DNA of 64,000 bases, from the NCBI GenBank assembly GCA_973851085.1, contig OZ316775.1, positions 5,208,001 to 5,272,000 of the forward strand, in the 5' to 3' direction. The notes beneath the pieces are model-generated. The model did not search any database. It saw only the letters and a list, made by a program, of their open reading frames with translations, and was not told where the DNA came from. The position numbers and the translations under genes were made by a program. How positions within the stretch are numbered: position 1 is the first letter of the stretch; each line of letters opens with the position of its first letter. Shown piece by piece: positions 1 through 13,292 of the stretch. Origin of the DNA: Ptychomitrium polyphyllum (Eukaryota).

Positions 1-1113
1 TCTATTTGATTCTTTTCCTAATTCAAGCAAATCATGCCTCTATCCCTACGAGGCATTATCCATCACAAAATGGAGAACCGGCACACAATTTGTCATAGGT
101 GTGGGGAGTGGTTCAATATACATGTGCATTGCTGCTATGGGTGCCACCTCCTCTAAGTAGTAGCACAAGAGAGTAGAACAGAGTAAGAGAAGGGCAGGTG
201 GTGGTGGCAATTATCTGAGCCAGTGCTGTACAAAGGACAACCCAACTTCCAACCTTTTAATATTTTCCAGGCTCCAACATCACTGGAACCATGCAGGCCA
301 TGCAACCTCAGGAACAATACCGTTCCAAAAACCATTTACGTAGTCTACGGTCACCCGCATGCCCGCCTAAGCTATGGTCATTTGCTGCAACCGACCTCTA
401 CTGCAGTTATCAGAACATCAATGGGATTCAGTGGAAATGGTCAGCACAAAATCATCATGGATTTTGTTGTGCAGAGCATGCATTTGTGGAGGTATTGAGC
501 AGATGGGAGCCTATCAGCTGGAGCATTGAGGGAGCTATGGGAAGTGGGCTCGGAGGATAGAGAGGGCTTGCAAGTGAACGATGCATCGCATCCCAGGTCA
601 CACCCATCGAGTGGTTGGAGCCTCACCTGTGCACCTACACTTTTTATATTTGAGCTCCTAGTTAGTTCATAATTCTTGCAGCACGTCATGGCATGCCCCA
701 CTGAGATATATCAGCTGGGAAGTGCAAGTCTAGGCTAATGTAACGAGTTGTCGTTGTTGGCTTGCCGTAGCATATGTGAAGCGGGGCATGCAATCATGAT
801 CCTGTTAGGTAGCACGATTTCTGGTATAAAACTCACCAGAGTTTCCGGATCAGGATCACCATTCTATTTCCAAACCTACAGAAGGGATCTGCGTTAAGGT
901 CATGAGATTGACATGAGATGCTGATGGTGATGATGCTAATTTGAGTATATTATATCGTCTATCCTGTTGCTGCTCCCCATTGCTGCACATTGAGTTCTGG
1001 CAAGAGGAAGAAATCACTCAGTTTCTGGTAACGAGGTGGAATCTGAGACAATATTGAATTTGACGAGTCGTGAATTAGATCTATTTTGTTTCTCAGCATT
1101 GAGGTGGGTGGCC

Positions 1114-2976
1114 ATGGATTTTCGAAGTGTTTCGACTCTAGTGGTGGTAACATTGTGTTCAGCAATTATGGCACCTTTTATAGGAGAAGCAGAAGCACGA
1201 CTCCAGAAGAGGGTAAACGTCCCAGCATATTTTGTGTTCGGAGATTCGTTTGCGGATGTCGGAACCAACAACTACTTGACCAACGCCGTAGCACGAGCCA
1301 ACTTCCCGCCCTACGGCGAAACGTTCTTCCACAAGCCCACGGGACGCTTCACCAACGGCCGAAACCTCGTGGATATCTTCGGTAAGCTTTGCACCAAAAC
1401 ATAATTCCGCATTGCAATGTCGCCCATAAGTTGTGTGCTTCTGTATAGATCTCAACAACCAATCGAATCGCTTGATTCTTACACATGATCTATTACATTT
1501 GTAGTTCATTACTAAACTTCTGTAGGGTGTTCAAGCTCTAGTGTGCGTCGTTTGATATGTGGGCACTGGACTGAAAGGTAGAGAATCCGACTGGTGGCCA
1601 GGTGGGGCGTATAATGATTTTTTTCAGAGCTATATTGCATGCCTCGTATTCACATCTATATAATCCTGAAATCAAACCTTTAGAACTTGACAGTAATTGT
1701 GTCTTTGTAATGGAGTACAGCTGAGACAGTGGGACTGCCTTGTGCACCGCCATATTTGCAGCCCAATTCTTCCTTCATTGCTGGTGTCAACTTCGCCTCA
1801 GCTGGAAGTGGCCTTCTCAATGAAACCAATTTCGGCGCAGTAAGTGTCAATTTAATCCTCCCTCCCTCCCTCACTCTTTTTTTTGTTTTGATGTCACTAA
1901 TTTTAACTAGTTTCATTTCTGTAAATGACGATATGTGATCTTGTCGTCGTGGCCGAACAGCCAACTGATTTGTACTACTCGGCTGCATGGGTTGTGCCAA
2001 TGCAGGTTGTGCCAATGAGTGTGCAGGTGGAACAGTTCAAAACAGTGAGGGTATCATTGCAGAATCAGCTCAGTGCCTGGGGTGCACGGAAGTTGATTTC
2101 AAAGTCCATTTTTCTTGTGCTCAGCGGTTCAAATGATATCGTGGAGTACCTTTCGAACCCGGACTTCCAATCTCAGAGTAATGTAACCCAGTTCTTGTCT
2201 CTGGTTATGGGAGCATACCGAAATACTCTGACTGTGAGTACCTACAAGTACAGAGAAGAATCCCCAATCCATTGCTGTTCCACTAAAAGTCAAAGCGCTA
2301 ATTAATGTTGTCTGTCCTGAAATGTTTTAAGATTATCTTGGATGGCAGGAGCTCTACAAATCTGGGGCAAGGAAGGCTGTTATTGTTGGCCTGGCGCCAC
2401 TGGGATGCTCACCTTCAGCCAGGGTATCCAATCCTTTCTATCCTGGCGAGTGCTTTTCACCAGGAAACGACCTTGCTTTGGGGTTCAATGCTGGTGTTAA
2501 ACAGTTGGTGGAAGGGCTGCGTTTCGTCCTCCCTGACTTCAACATCGTCATTGCCGAAAGCTATGACCTTATTTCGTCTATGATAAATGATAAGAATTTA
2601 TATGGTACCACATCAACTCAATGCTACTTCCATAAATATTTACTCAACCTCCTACCTAATTTTGTCATTTATTTAAGACAAGCACATTTCTTCCCTGTTC
2701 TTTGGCATAAGAATCTAGTCTATTTCCGCAGGCTTGGATAACATCAGTGCAGCCTGCTGTGGAGCCGGGTTTTTAAATGCACAAGTTCGATGTGGATTAG
2801 CAAAGCCACCTGGTTTGCTGGAGATTCAGTCGTCGCTGTGCAAACGGCCGTCAAAATACCTGTTCTGGGATATAGTTCACCCCACAGAGCAAGTGGTGAA
2901 GCTTCTTTTCAAGAGCTTCTGGACCGGTAATTCGAGTACATTTCCTATGAACATGAAAGCCTTGGCTTTTTTATAA
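1114..2976 (+). CDS. GDSL esterase/lipase (SGNH hydrolase), secreted, 5 exons
   Basis: Exons ~1114-1381, 1721-1839, 2006-2233, 2349-2604, 2732-2976 with GT-AG introns and continuous frame. N-terminal signal peptide; block I FVFGDSFADVGTNNY; PTGRFTNG; GVNFASAGSG; block III GSND; block V FWDIVHPTE (DxxH). Confidence 0.95.
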
Positions 2977-3269
2977 GAGTCCCACCTGCCCCAGCAGAAG
3001 TTGACATGGGGTTGCGCAGTCTGCGGAAAGTGTGCATTTACGAGAGAATTCTGAACACGATTTGAGACTTGAATTTCTGAAATGTAAGCAAATTGCTTAA
3101 GTCCAAAAGCAAGCAATATGTATCAAATAAGACATCGCGAGTCATCAAGTTCACACGAAAGTATTTCGTACAAACTGACTTATTAGATGAGCTTCTTTAA
3201 CAATGTTGCACATTTTCTTGCTTACCATTAATACTGAAGAAATCTTGATGAGTATATCACCCCTCTTTA

Positions 3270-6200
3270 TTAGTCGTCATCGATTACTATAGTGACATCG
3301 TCAGCACTGTCATCATCAACACTTTCATGAGGTCTGTAAGGTGGGTCGTTTTCAATATTCCTACTCGCAAGATAGTTATTTGCGGAGTGGCCTGGCTCCA
3401 GCTCTACCTCCAACCCAACGTCAGCCTCATCAAGGAATACTAGATCCTCTTTAACCAGCACCTCGTCCATCTCCTCACCAATGCCATCAACCATAACTTC
3501 TGCCTCGTCCTCGTCTTCAGCTTCTTCATCTTCTTCTTCGGCATCTTCCTCTGAGGAAAAGTCAAAGGCCTTGCCTCGTTTCCTTTTACTTATACGCCGA
3601 AGTGTGGATTCTATTTTCCTAAGTTTCCTCCCTTTCATGCCCACCTCTACCCTGAGCAGGTTGGCTTCGTGCTTGAAATTGTAAGGTGCACGAAAGCAAA
3701 AAACTGACAGGTCAAAGAACTCCAGAACTTTATCGGTCCTCCTACATTACAAAGGATCGTCACTCATGCAGTCAGCGAAGTCTTGAAAGTTGATGACAGA
3801 ACTTGGTTGAATAATACGATGAAATCCAGCGTGTGCGTGCACATACTTCAAAATCATTATGCAGGAACTGTTAGTTACTGCACATCATACTTCGTTTGCA
3901 GTGTGGTTTTCAGAATGAAGTCTGTACGGGATGAGAATTACCTGTATGTTTCGAGCTCTCCAGTTTTGATTACAACATTAGCACGGGCATAAAACCCCTC
4001 ATAGGCAGGAGCTGTCGATTCTAGGTTGTGGATGTTGATAGTGCTTTCAATCACGTACTGCAAAGACGAACTGCTATCAGAGATTGATTATTTCGAAATA
4101 GATGCACACCGCATGCTCTTACCCATATTGTACCCTGTAAGAATAGAAATGTTATAGCATAGAACTCTCATTACAGTCAATTGATCATCCTATTAGATAC
4201 GGTATACGACAATCTCTATTTTGGACGTCCCTCATATCATGAGTTTATGAACGCACCACAAAGAAGGGGCTCCAAGTGCTACGACTGTAGACTGACCACA
4301 CCTCGTTCTTGCCAGGAAAAATAAAGACTTTATTGTGCATCCGCCTGAAACTGGTAACTCTGCCACATTTGCCAAGGACAAGGGCCTTAGTAGAGCCAAC
4401 TTATTATAGGAGACAAAATTATTATTCGTTTTGTTAAGCCCTCAACAAAGGCAAGCTGGAGCATTAATCACATGCTCAGCATTCGCATCTGTTACCAAGG
4501 AATGTGAACCTCCAGTATACATTACCCTCACATCTGTGCAGTAGCGTATGTAGAATTTTGACGTTTTTCTAGTAAAAGAACAAGCAAAAACTATCAGGAG
4601 ACGTATTATTCAAGTATCAACGAGGGTGAAAGGTTGTCCTGAATCCTAAGGCGAACCTATGAGAAAATGCAGTCCAGGAATCCTGGGAATCGACTTCTTC
4701 TCGTAGTTCGTACAACCCCGTTCCTCTCAGTGGATTCCATGTGTCTTCCTCGCCCTGTAGATAAGATGGCACAAGCTCCATGTACTGCCTGCTCAAAATT
4801 CATGCAAAACTATTATATTGAGAGGACTAACTCTCACAAGTACATTACCATACAGGCAGTTGAGCCTCAAGACCGGACTAACTAGAAACTGATAAGCTTC
4901 AAAAACAGTTGTCTTTACATCCTTACATTTCAATGCACAAGGGGAGCTTCTTCCCAGTATTCTGATTCTTGCGAGAAAAGCGATCGCCGCTCCTCTTCAT
5001 GATGAGTGCGTACCAGTTTGGCCGCTCGTGTTGGTTGTACAATGCCCACACCTTCGTAAGCAATAACCATGTGTCAAAGAGGTCTAAAGAAGAGGTAGTT
5101 TTACAATGTTATGCTGTTTTATAACTTCATTACATCTCCTTCAATTTTCCTGACATCTGAGTAATGGATGAAAGAGTAATATCTTACATCGTTAGGCTCC
5201 ATAGCTGAGCACTCCTTTTCCAAACAAGGTAATGGTAGATGAAGTGGTTTGCTAACTTCTCGCACAGAGCTTCTAAGGAGAGGACTCAAAAGATATGTGA
5301 TGACCTGGACCTGCATACATATAGGATAGAGGTCAACACCATGACAAAAGTTGCAAATTGCTTAGCAGAATTTCTCAAGCAATTAGAGGATGCAAGATAG
5401 TACGGACTTACAGTAAAAGCATTTCCTAAAAGCCTCCATCGGATGTGCGCCGTAAGTGGCTCCAATTTGAGAGCCCTTTTACCATCTTTCCTATTGCCTC
5501 TTACTGGAGCATTAGAGCTTCCCTCGTTCCTGTTCACAGCACATTCTAAGCATAGAGGTTCTTGCACCCTGGGTCAAATAACTCTGACGAGACTAACAAA
5601 GATCAGACCAAGAAAATGACGTTGAGGCTTTTAGGTTTCAAGGCAGTACTGAGTTAGTTGAGCTTACAAGTTAAGAGACAAAGAATCCGCACACGACGCC
5701 CCTTCTTTTATGAGTATGTTCGTGTGATGAAGTTGATAGCCCATAATCAATTCCAGCTCAATATGATTAAGATACCGTAACCTGTTCGTTGCTTTCTCCA
5801 TAACCAACTCCAGCTGACAGCTATTGCCCTCATGGTTGTTGTTTGATAAAACGACCTAATTCCCCCAGTCACTGAAAACTTCTAATCAAGCCATATTCCA
5901 ATATACTATTCAAGAGGAACTCTAACTTCTGAATCATAATCACCTAGAGATGGTATATATGTGAATTTCGGTAATGAAAAATGTTAGGTTTATGGGTTGA
6001 TCTCCAACTACTGCTAGTACCGGAATACACAAAAATAATCCTCTAAGCAAGAAGAGTGAAAGAAAATGTACCCCGGTCTTCTCTTCAAGTGCAATGGCGT
6101 CATGCAGGCAGCTTTGAACAAACGTAGAAGGATGATCTTTCACACGTGGCAGCCTAATGGGATGAGGTATGTTTGTCCAGTACAACCTTCTTCTCCTCGT

Positions 6201-7972
6201 CGGTGAGAGTTCAATGGCGTCCAACTCAATGGGCTGCACCCCCAGGTACTTGGAAATCTCGTCCCGGTCTACCCAAGTCATTGAAGCTACATTCTCAACC
6301 AAGAACCTGCAGTAAAATCCCGCATAACAGTTGCAACATGCAAGCAAAACAAAGAAAATAATTTGGATAAAGACAGCCATGTAAAAATATAAAGCATACT
6401 TTTGTACTCTTCCAGATCTATAAATATCATTGTTAGACTCTATCAGTGATGGAAACATAGTTCACCATCTCGGCTTGAAATCCTTGAGTACTCCAACAAG
6501 ATCAAAAAATAGTTTGCTTCGAGATCCATGAAGCCTACATATGCCAGATCATGACAGTCGAGCAAGTTGGGTCATTACTCAGGGTTAACAAGATTAAAGT
6601 CACCTACATTGCTAAGGTTTAGCTGTAAAGTATACAGTAGTACTATCTATCCAACTGAAGCCTAAATCTCACTTTGAAATTTCTCATTTAGTGCTCTGAT
6701 CCATCGACGAGACTGAGAAATTAGGTCATGAAGGCAAGAAACTTAATTTTACCCTTCTTTTTTGCCCAGGCAGCTGAGGTCTTGGCAAGGGAAGCCACCA
6801 ACAATAAGATCAACGTCGTCAGGAATAGCTGGCTTAGCAAGGCTTCTCACATCTCCGACATGATGCACCTCTGGAAATTTTGCCTTCACGACTTGAATAG
6901 CTGGGTCCAACTGATAGGAAATACATTATTTTGTCATTCTCGTTCACATCACCATAATTCTGATCCAATCAATTTCTACTTGAGTGCCACTATCTAGTGT
7001 TTTATTTTGTACAGCTACAAAACAAAGCTAAGTGATAAAAAGGTGAAGTACTCCTCAGGTCTCTTAGCTTTGGACTTTAAATAGCCATTCTGAAAGATGA
7101 TGTGCTGATATGAACAGGACGACAACAGCTCTAGAAGTGCTGTTGATGCTTTATGTTTTTGAGCATGCACAGTGTACAATTAGGGCAGCAACCACCATTG
7201 CATACTACAGAGAGTGAATGAATACATACCACTTCTGAGCTATACCCAATAAATGGTATTCCAAGGCGCGTTAAAGCTGCCCAAATACCGCCAATACCAT
7301 CGAAGAGGCTTAGCACAACAAGCTTCCTTCCCGTCCAGGATCCTGCCTCAGTCTTAAAAGCCGCCAACCAGTTTCCGTCTCCGTCACCTTCATACGGCTC
7401 CTACAACCCTAATCTCACAAGTATTACTTCACAAGCTGTTTTAATCCACATTTCTAAAATTCTAGGTATAGAGAGTTATAAAATCTAATGTAATCTCAAA
7501 GTGGGCAAACAAGCACAGAAAGAAACAAGGAATGTGATTTGAGATAGAGCATTGAAACCTTTCTCCAACAAAAGGAAGGTGCAGTTCTAAACTCATAACA
7601 CCCGTCCATGACTATCTCCGCCAACAATTTGTCTTGCAAAAAGATAGGTAAACCAAAAGAATGCATCATCCACTCACCCTTGCGCGAATAAAGTTCACCA
7701 ATCTCCAGCTTAAGACTAGAGACCATAGCAAATACCTCCAGTTCAATCGGGCGGTCTCTTGTTGGCAAAGATCCCAGCCCACTTTCAAGGATCTGTAAAC
7801 TACGAGCTGCAGTAGGTCGTGGCGGGGAGAGAAACGCCAACTGATGCTTCTCCAAACTCCAGTGCCGCAAAGGAGGCTGTGTCGAAGGAACCAATTTCTC
7901 TTTAACTTCTTCCTTCTTCAGCCGTTGGGCTTCTCTTTCAAGCTCCTTGATCTTCTTTATGAGATTGTCCAT
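3270..7972 (-). CDS. DNMT3: DNMT3-type DNA (cytosine-5) methyltransferase with C-terminal DUF3444-like region and acidic tail (multi-exon)
   Basis: Spliced minus-strand reading gives motif I VLSLFDGIGG (~7300), motif IV DLIVGGFPCQDLS (~6790), RSKLFF, motif VI FLVENV (~6295), motif VIII RRRLYWTNIP, motif IX RYLNHIELELIMGY (~5760) and motif X RWRLLGNAFT|VQVI. These are followed by DUF3444-like segments VWALYN..RPNWYALI (~5040), AFSHR and IFPGKNEVWSVY (~4300), and a last exon 3740-3270 with a basic NLS-like stretch and Glu/Asp tail. The 5' exon boundaries (7559-7972) are less certain. Confidence 0.9.
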
Positions 7973-8492
7973 CTCGAACCCTCAACGTGGCTGAACTCCC
8001 AACTTGACTTGTAAACCTAAAACAACATCATTCTCGATACCATGGTTCTCATCCCAGAGAACACAAACAGCCTGGATGATTTTGAAACCTCCATAGAAGA
8101 CATGAGCTCGACATATCTTGGCAGTAAGATCCAGAACACCGGAAATCCCACATCCATAACTAATCCTGAAGAGATAAATGAAGTCTAGGCTTATGCCTCG
8201 GGAATGAGAGAAGCTAATGTTATGAGATTATAGTCCTCCACTGGCTGTAGTCCCGGACGGAAACGGAATTGATGAGTAAAGAAGGAGAAAGGGAGCGGCA
8301 CGAAGAAGCAAACTGCCGTCGACATCGACATCCGATCCCAACGTTGGGAACAGCAACGGTTTAACGCCAGCTGAACCCTCCTCACTAACAGAACAATTCA
8401 TCCCTTGGATGAATTTAAGGCTATCAAAACTCACGAATCGTTGGTACAACACGTTGGCAGCACTCCTTTCAGAGTGGCGCGGCGGAGGCGTG

Positions 8493-8500
8493 GTGGGCCC
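8493..8500. promoter_or_regulatory. TCP/site II-type element (GTGGGCCC) in the GC-rich region upstream of DNMT3
   Basis: Exact GTGGGCCC at the edge of a GC-rich island ~0.5 kb upstream of the DNMT3 ATG. The motif is short and could be chance. Confidence 0.3.
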
Positions 8501-10729
8501 AGTGCACACAGTTCCGAGGATCCAATTCTATTTTTGGTAAAACAGAAATACGAGTTTCTACATGGATACTTGCATTTTGTATTTATGGATACTGTGTAGG
8601 ATTAAGGCAAATGAAGTATAATTTTAGTTGGAGCGTATTTGTAAGAGAAAAGGAAATATTGTGCATTTTGTATGAGAAAAATAATTTGTATGTGATTTAC
8701 ATCGTATTATTTAAACATTGTACAAATAACTTATGAGTATTCAAAATTGGAAATCTTAGAGTTTGAATCTTTTTTTATTTTATTTTGAAGTGATTAGCAA
8801 GCTTGCTAAATAATATTTTGTATAACATTCTTTATCAATTTGAAAACATCAATCTAGCTAAAAGAATGAAGAAATTTCAAAGATTTAGTACATAGAAGTA
8901 GAAGAAGAAGTATACTTTTAAACAAAAATTAAACAATTTTTTGTGTTGCATTTAATCAGATACTTTCTAAACATAGTATAGGAATTTATAGTTGCATCCA
9001 TCCATTTATATTTACCTTTTCAAAATTTTAATCCAAAATGACAAAAGAAAAAAAAATGCAAGAAATGTATATGCTAATTGATTAGTGAAAATCGTAGTAA
9101 ACTAATGGATTGAAAAGTAGTTAATTGATTTTTATGGTTGCTTTTAAAAAAACATATATAATGCCACAAAGACTAATTGTTAATTGAAATGTTAAGAGAT
9201 GTTTCAATTAAAGAAAATTATTTATAAATGCAAAGGATATTGTGGTAAGAACATATATTGAAATTATACAATAGAAATATGTCACACTAGAGTTTAAGGA
9301 AAGAAACAAAATTTGCAATGTGACTTTTGTGCATAATTTTTGCTTTCAATTGAACTCAATGTCAAAATAAAATGATCCTATTGATAGATATTTAAAAGTA
9401 TTCTAATAAATATTATAACAATGCTATGAACTTGAAGACTAAAAAACTCACTTTTACATTTTTACTAGAATAATACTGGATGTAGTCCATTAATTGAATC
9501 TCTTTTAAATGGTTATAATCAAATGTTTTATTTAATGATCTACTTTTGAAAATCCATGAATTAAATAATTTTTAAAATAAAAGTATGCAAAATCAAGAAT
9601 ATACAGTGTTTTGCAACTACTCAAATTGATATTTTATACCCTACATGTACACCTCAGTATCTGAGATCTTTGACTAATACTGCTAAGCTTACGCAGTGGT
9701 AAGGTCCATTCACTTTCAAAACTAATGGATAACATTTTATATTTTTTAAATGTTAAGTTTTCCTATTGTACTATCTTCACCATTTGATTGTTACATTATT
9801 AAAATATTAATACTGATCACCTATACTTGTGAAATTTATTGACACATGTGCTTTGAAAAGGTAAAGATACATCGACCACATTGGTTTTTGACATTCCATA
9901 AAACGTTTCTTATTTTGGATAAAAGCTCATCTTTCATTCGTCCAAATAATCAATGGTGACAAATCATCCAAGTGTCTAGAAAACCTTTTAAGGATTAAAG
10001 AAAAATTTATCAACAAAACTAATTTTATTACCATATTTTCACACTAGTTTGAATTATTTTTACTAGGATAAGTGTAAGAATTGGCATAAAATCCAGCATT
10101 ATTATTGAATCTTGCAATAATGATAGTAACAGGTATAGCCTATTACAATTACAAGTTGAATACCCTTTATCATTTAGGAAGTATTATGCGAGCCTTAATA
10201 AAATGGATCATTTCATGCACAAAAATATTTTTCATTGTAAAATATGCCTATGATAAAAATATATTATTTTGCAATTTAAAAAAAATTAAAACACCTTCTT
10301 ATTATTTAAAAAATATAGTTTTTAGTTATGTAAAAGTTCACCAGTACCAATGAAGTCTTTCTAACTTATGTTAAATACATTCTTTCCATTACAAATGCAA
10401 GAAGTTGGATATCTTATTTATAACAATAGAATAGAGTGTGAAATGTAGAGCATGGTTCCGACATGGTAGGCCATGTCTTTTAAAAGTAAAGTTGTATTTT
10501 ATTAAACGTTTTGATGCACAATATTCTTAAAGCCAAAGCTTATTTTAAAGTGGAATCCATATTTTATTATCCAAATTAAATTTTTCAAGGAGAATTCAAC
10601 TAGATTATTAGTATGCTTTGCATTGCTATCACAACCATGGTAATTGCTACATGGTGCAAAATCTTATGATTTTATGATTTTATTATATATTTATTTAATT
10701 GAAAATACAAATACTTTGAATTTTAATAG

Positions 10730-10869
10730 CTATTACATTCTTCTGCATCTTGCTTTGTTAAAAGTTCTTTTGGCATGCAAAGATATCTTTATGAATTTTA
10801 TTAACTATTACATTCTTCTGCATCTTGCTTTGTTAAAAGTTCTTTTGGCATGCAAAGATATCTTTATGA
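10730..10869 (+). repeat. Tandem duplication, 75-bp period, 2 copies
   Basis: ctattacattcttctgcatcttgctttgttaaaagttcttttggcatgcaaagatatctttatga occurs at 10730 and 10805. Confidence 0.95.
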
Positions 10870-13046
10870 GTTTTACAATCTGAATACTCATATGCTATCA
10901 TAAACAAATCAAAATACGTAAGCAAATTTTTTCTTAAATAAAACTTGCATGCCTTGTGCCATTGGGCAATTATGGTGGTTGCCTAGCATTATAAATGTAT
11001 GAAAAAAGTTGAAATTCTGGAATGTTTTAAATTATGATTATTTTTTAAAATTTTATAATTTTATAATTTAATATCTATTACACCAATCAATGTGCACTTT
11101 TTTGTATTGAAAGCTTTAAACAACATTAAAAAAATCCCCATGAATGTCACAGCTTGGAAGATTTCAAATACTACTCTATATATATAAATATAATACATGT
11201 ATTTTGTTTCCTCATGCTGAAGAGTTTTTTAAATTATCGTACATATCTTCAGAAGGTTTTTGTCACACAACTTTTACAATTAGTACATAATAGGTCCTAG
11301 TGTATTTTTAATATTTTGGAATTGAGTATTGCATATTGTATGCTTTGTGTCCTATATAATGTGATATGCTTTTGGAGAAAAACAATTTATTGAGGTATGT
11401 CTATTAATCTTCATAGCTTCATAAAATCCAAATTGGAAACAATAGATTGCAATTCTTTTTAAAAAGCACCTTTTGGTAAGAAAATCAATCAAATAAATTA
11501 ATGGTATTCCTTGATAGTTATGTATTACAAATGCAAATTTTTAATTAAAATATTTAAAAATACAAGCAAGAAATTCAATCATTCAGTATTTTAAAAATAT
11601 GTAAATTTTTAGTAGTGTTTTATAATTATTATATAAAAAACTCATATTTGATGTTTTCAGTATTATACTTTGCACATTTTTTGTTTCCGTAAATTCAACT
11701 TGTAATTTAGTTAATAAATTTCTCTTTGAACTAGAAAAACATCACATACAATATTTATGTTTTTGATAAATTTTAAAATATAAATTGAATTGATAAAGAT
11801 TCAAAGTTATTTTTTGAACTTTTGATTTCATATATAATTTACAATCACCTTGTTTCTTTTACAACAAACGTTGTATGAAGTGTAGAACTGACATATAGTA
11901 ATATAGCTAAAATTTGCCAAAGGATAACTACTTATTTGATGTTAAATCAAATTCTGAGATGAATCCTTGTATAGACATACAAATGTAGTACTTGATATGA
12001 TATATAAATTACAGTCTTTTTTTGTAATACAAAATTTATTAATTTAAATATAAACTATAAATTATGTAATAAAAACATTTAGAACACATTGGAATTGCTC
12101 AAGCATTTTTAAGGTGATCACTTAAAGCATCGAGGTATTTAAATGGTTCTAAATTCATACAAATGATCAAATTTAATAACTAAAGTGTTTTATAATGGAA
12201 TCACTTTTGATATGGAAAAATACTTTTTTATATCAAAATGGTATTTAGTTTCATATAGCATTTTTTTGTCATCAAAAATCATTTTATGAGGTGCTTTTAT
12301 ATATATATAATTTCATAAAAGCACCTCATTAATTAAACCAAAATCTTATTGACATCAAAATATTAGCTACACTATTAAAAAAATTTGCATTTAGTATTGG
12401 AATGTACATATAGAATTTGTGATATTGTATGCCATTTAAAAATAATAAAGCTAGATCTTATATATCACTCTATAATTTATTATTATGTATTTGGAAACAA
12501 CTCACTTTCATCTTGGAATGTAATAATTTAACAATTAATAAGAATCCAGGTACATGGCAATGAATGCATATAAACTTGTAGATTTGAAGACTTGGCATTC
12601 AAATTCTCTCAATCTTTAGTGGAATAAGATTTTGACAATGAAATTGTATCTTGCATGTGGTGATGACATATTTAATAAAATGACACATGAAAGTATTGTA
12701 GAAGTTCACAATGTCAAATTCATCCAAAAAAATTGTGAATTTATAACTATTTAAAGAAAATATAATGAATTATTGTAATATTTGAACAAAACAATCTATA
12801 TCAATATTTGATATAGAATAAAACCTCATTTCTTTCTCAAATACTAAATTTATTAAATACTATCCAAAATAGAGTATTTGATCCTTGACACTCTACTATA
12901 GGATGTAGAGTCATGTGGCTAAAAAATGTTATGATAAAAGCTGGTTTATCAAGCAACACCATCGACAAAACTTATTTTGCACCTACAAAAACATTTAAAA
13001 TGGAAATTGTTTATTCCAGAGATGCTGTGGCGTGGCCACAATATCA

Positions 13047-13292
13047 TGGGCACAAATTTTAGGACTTACGAGTACATATCCATTCTTCACATGCCACAAG
13101 CTGTAGTATGTGAAGGCACTGGCTCTATTAATGATGCCTACCAACCCACAGAGGCCTGTGGCTTGGGCACAAATTTAAGACTCAAGAATATATTTCCTAT
13201 TCTTCACTCGCTACAAGCTGTAGTATGTAAGTGAATACTTTAGTGGTCACTGGCTCTATTATTGATGCCTACAGACCCACAAGAAGCTTGTG
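13047..13292 (+). repeat. Diverged tandem duplication, ~117-bp period
   Basis: tgggcacaaattt..attcttcac..acaagctgtagtatgt..cactggctctatta.tgatgcctac occurs twice (13047, 13164). Confidence 0.85.

Noticed and set aside
1..700. Several overlapping 60-90-aa ORFs
   Set aside because: No recognisable motif or consistent splice structure; may belong to a feature outside the window.
3270..3644. Standalone acidic protein
   Set aside because: It is the last exon of DNMT3; the frame continues from the acceptor at ~3740.
5940..6458. Hydrophobic N-terminus suggesting a membrane protein
   Set aside because: Intron read-through; only 6307-6073 is a DNMT3 exon.
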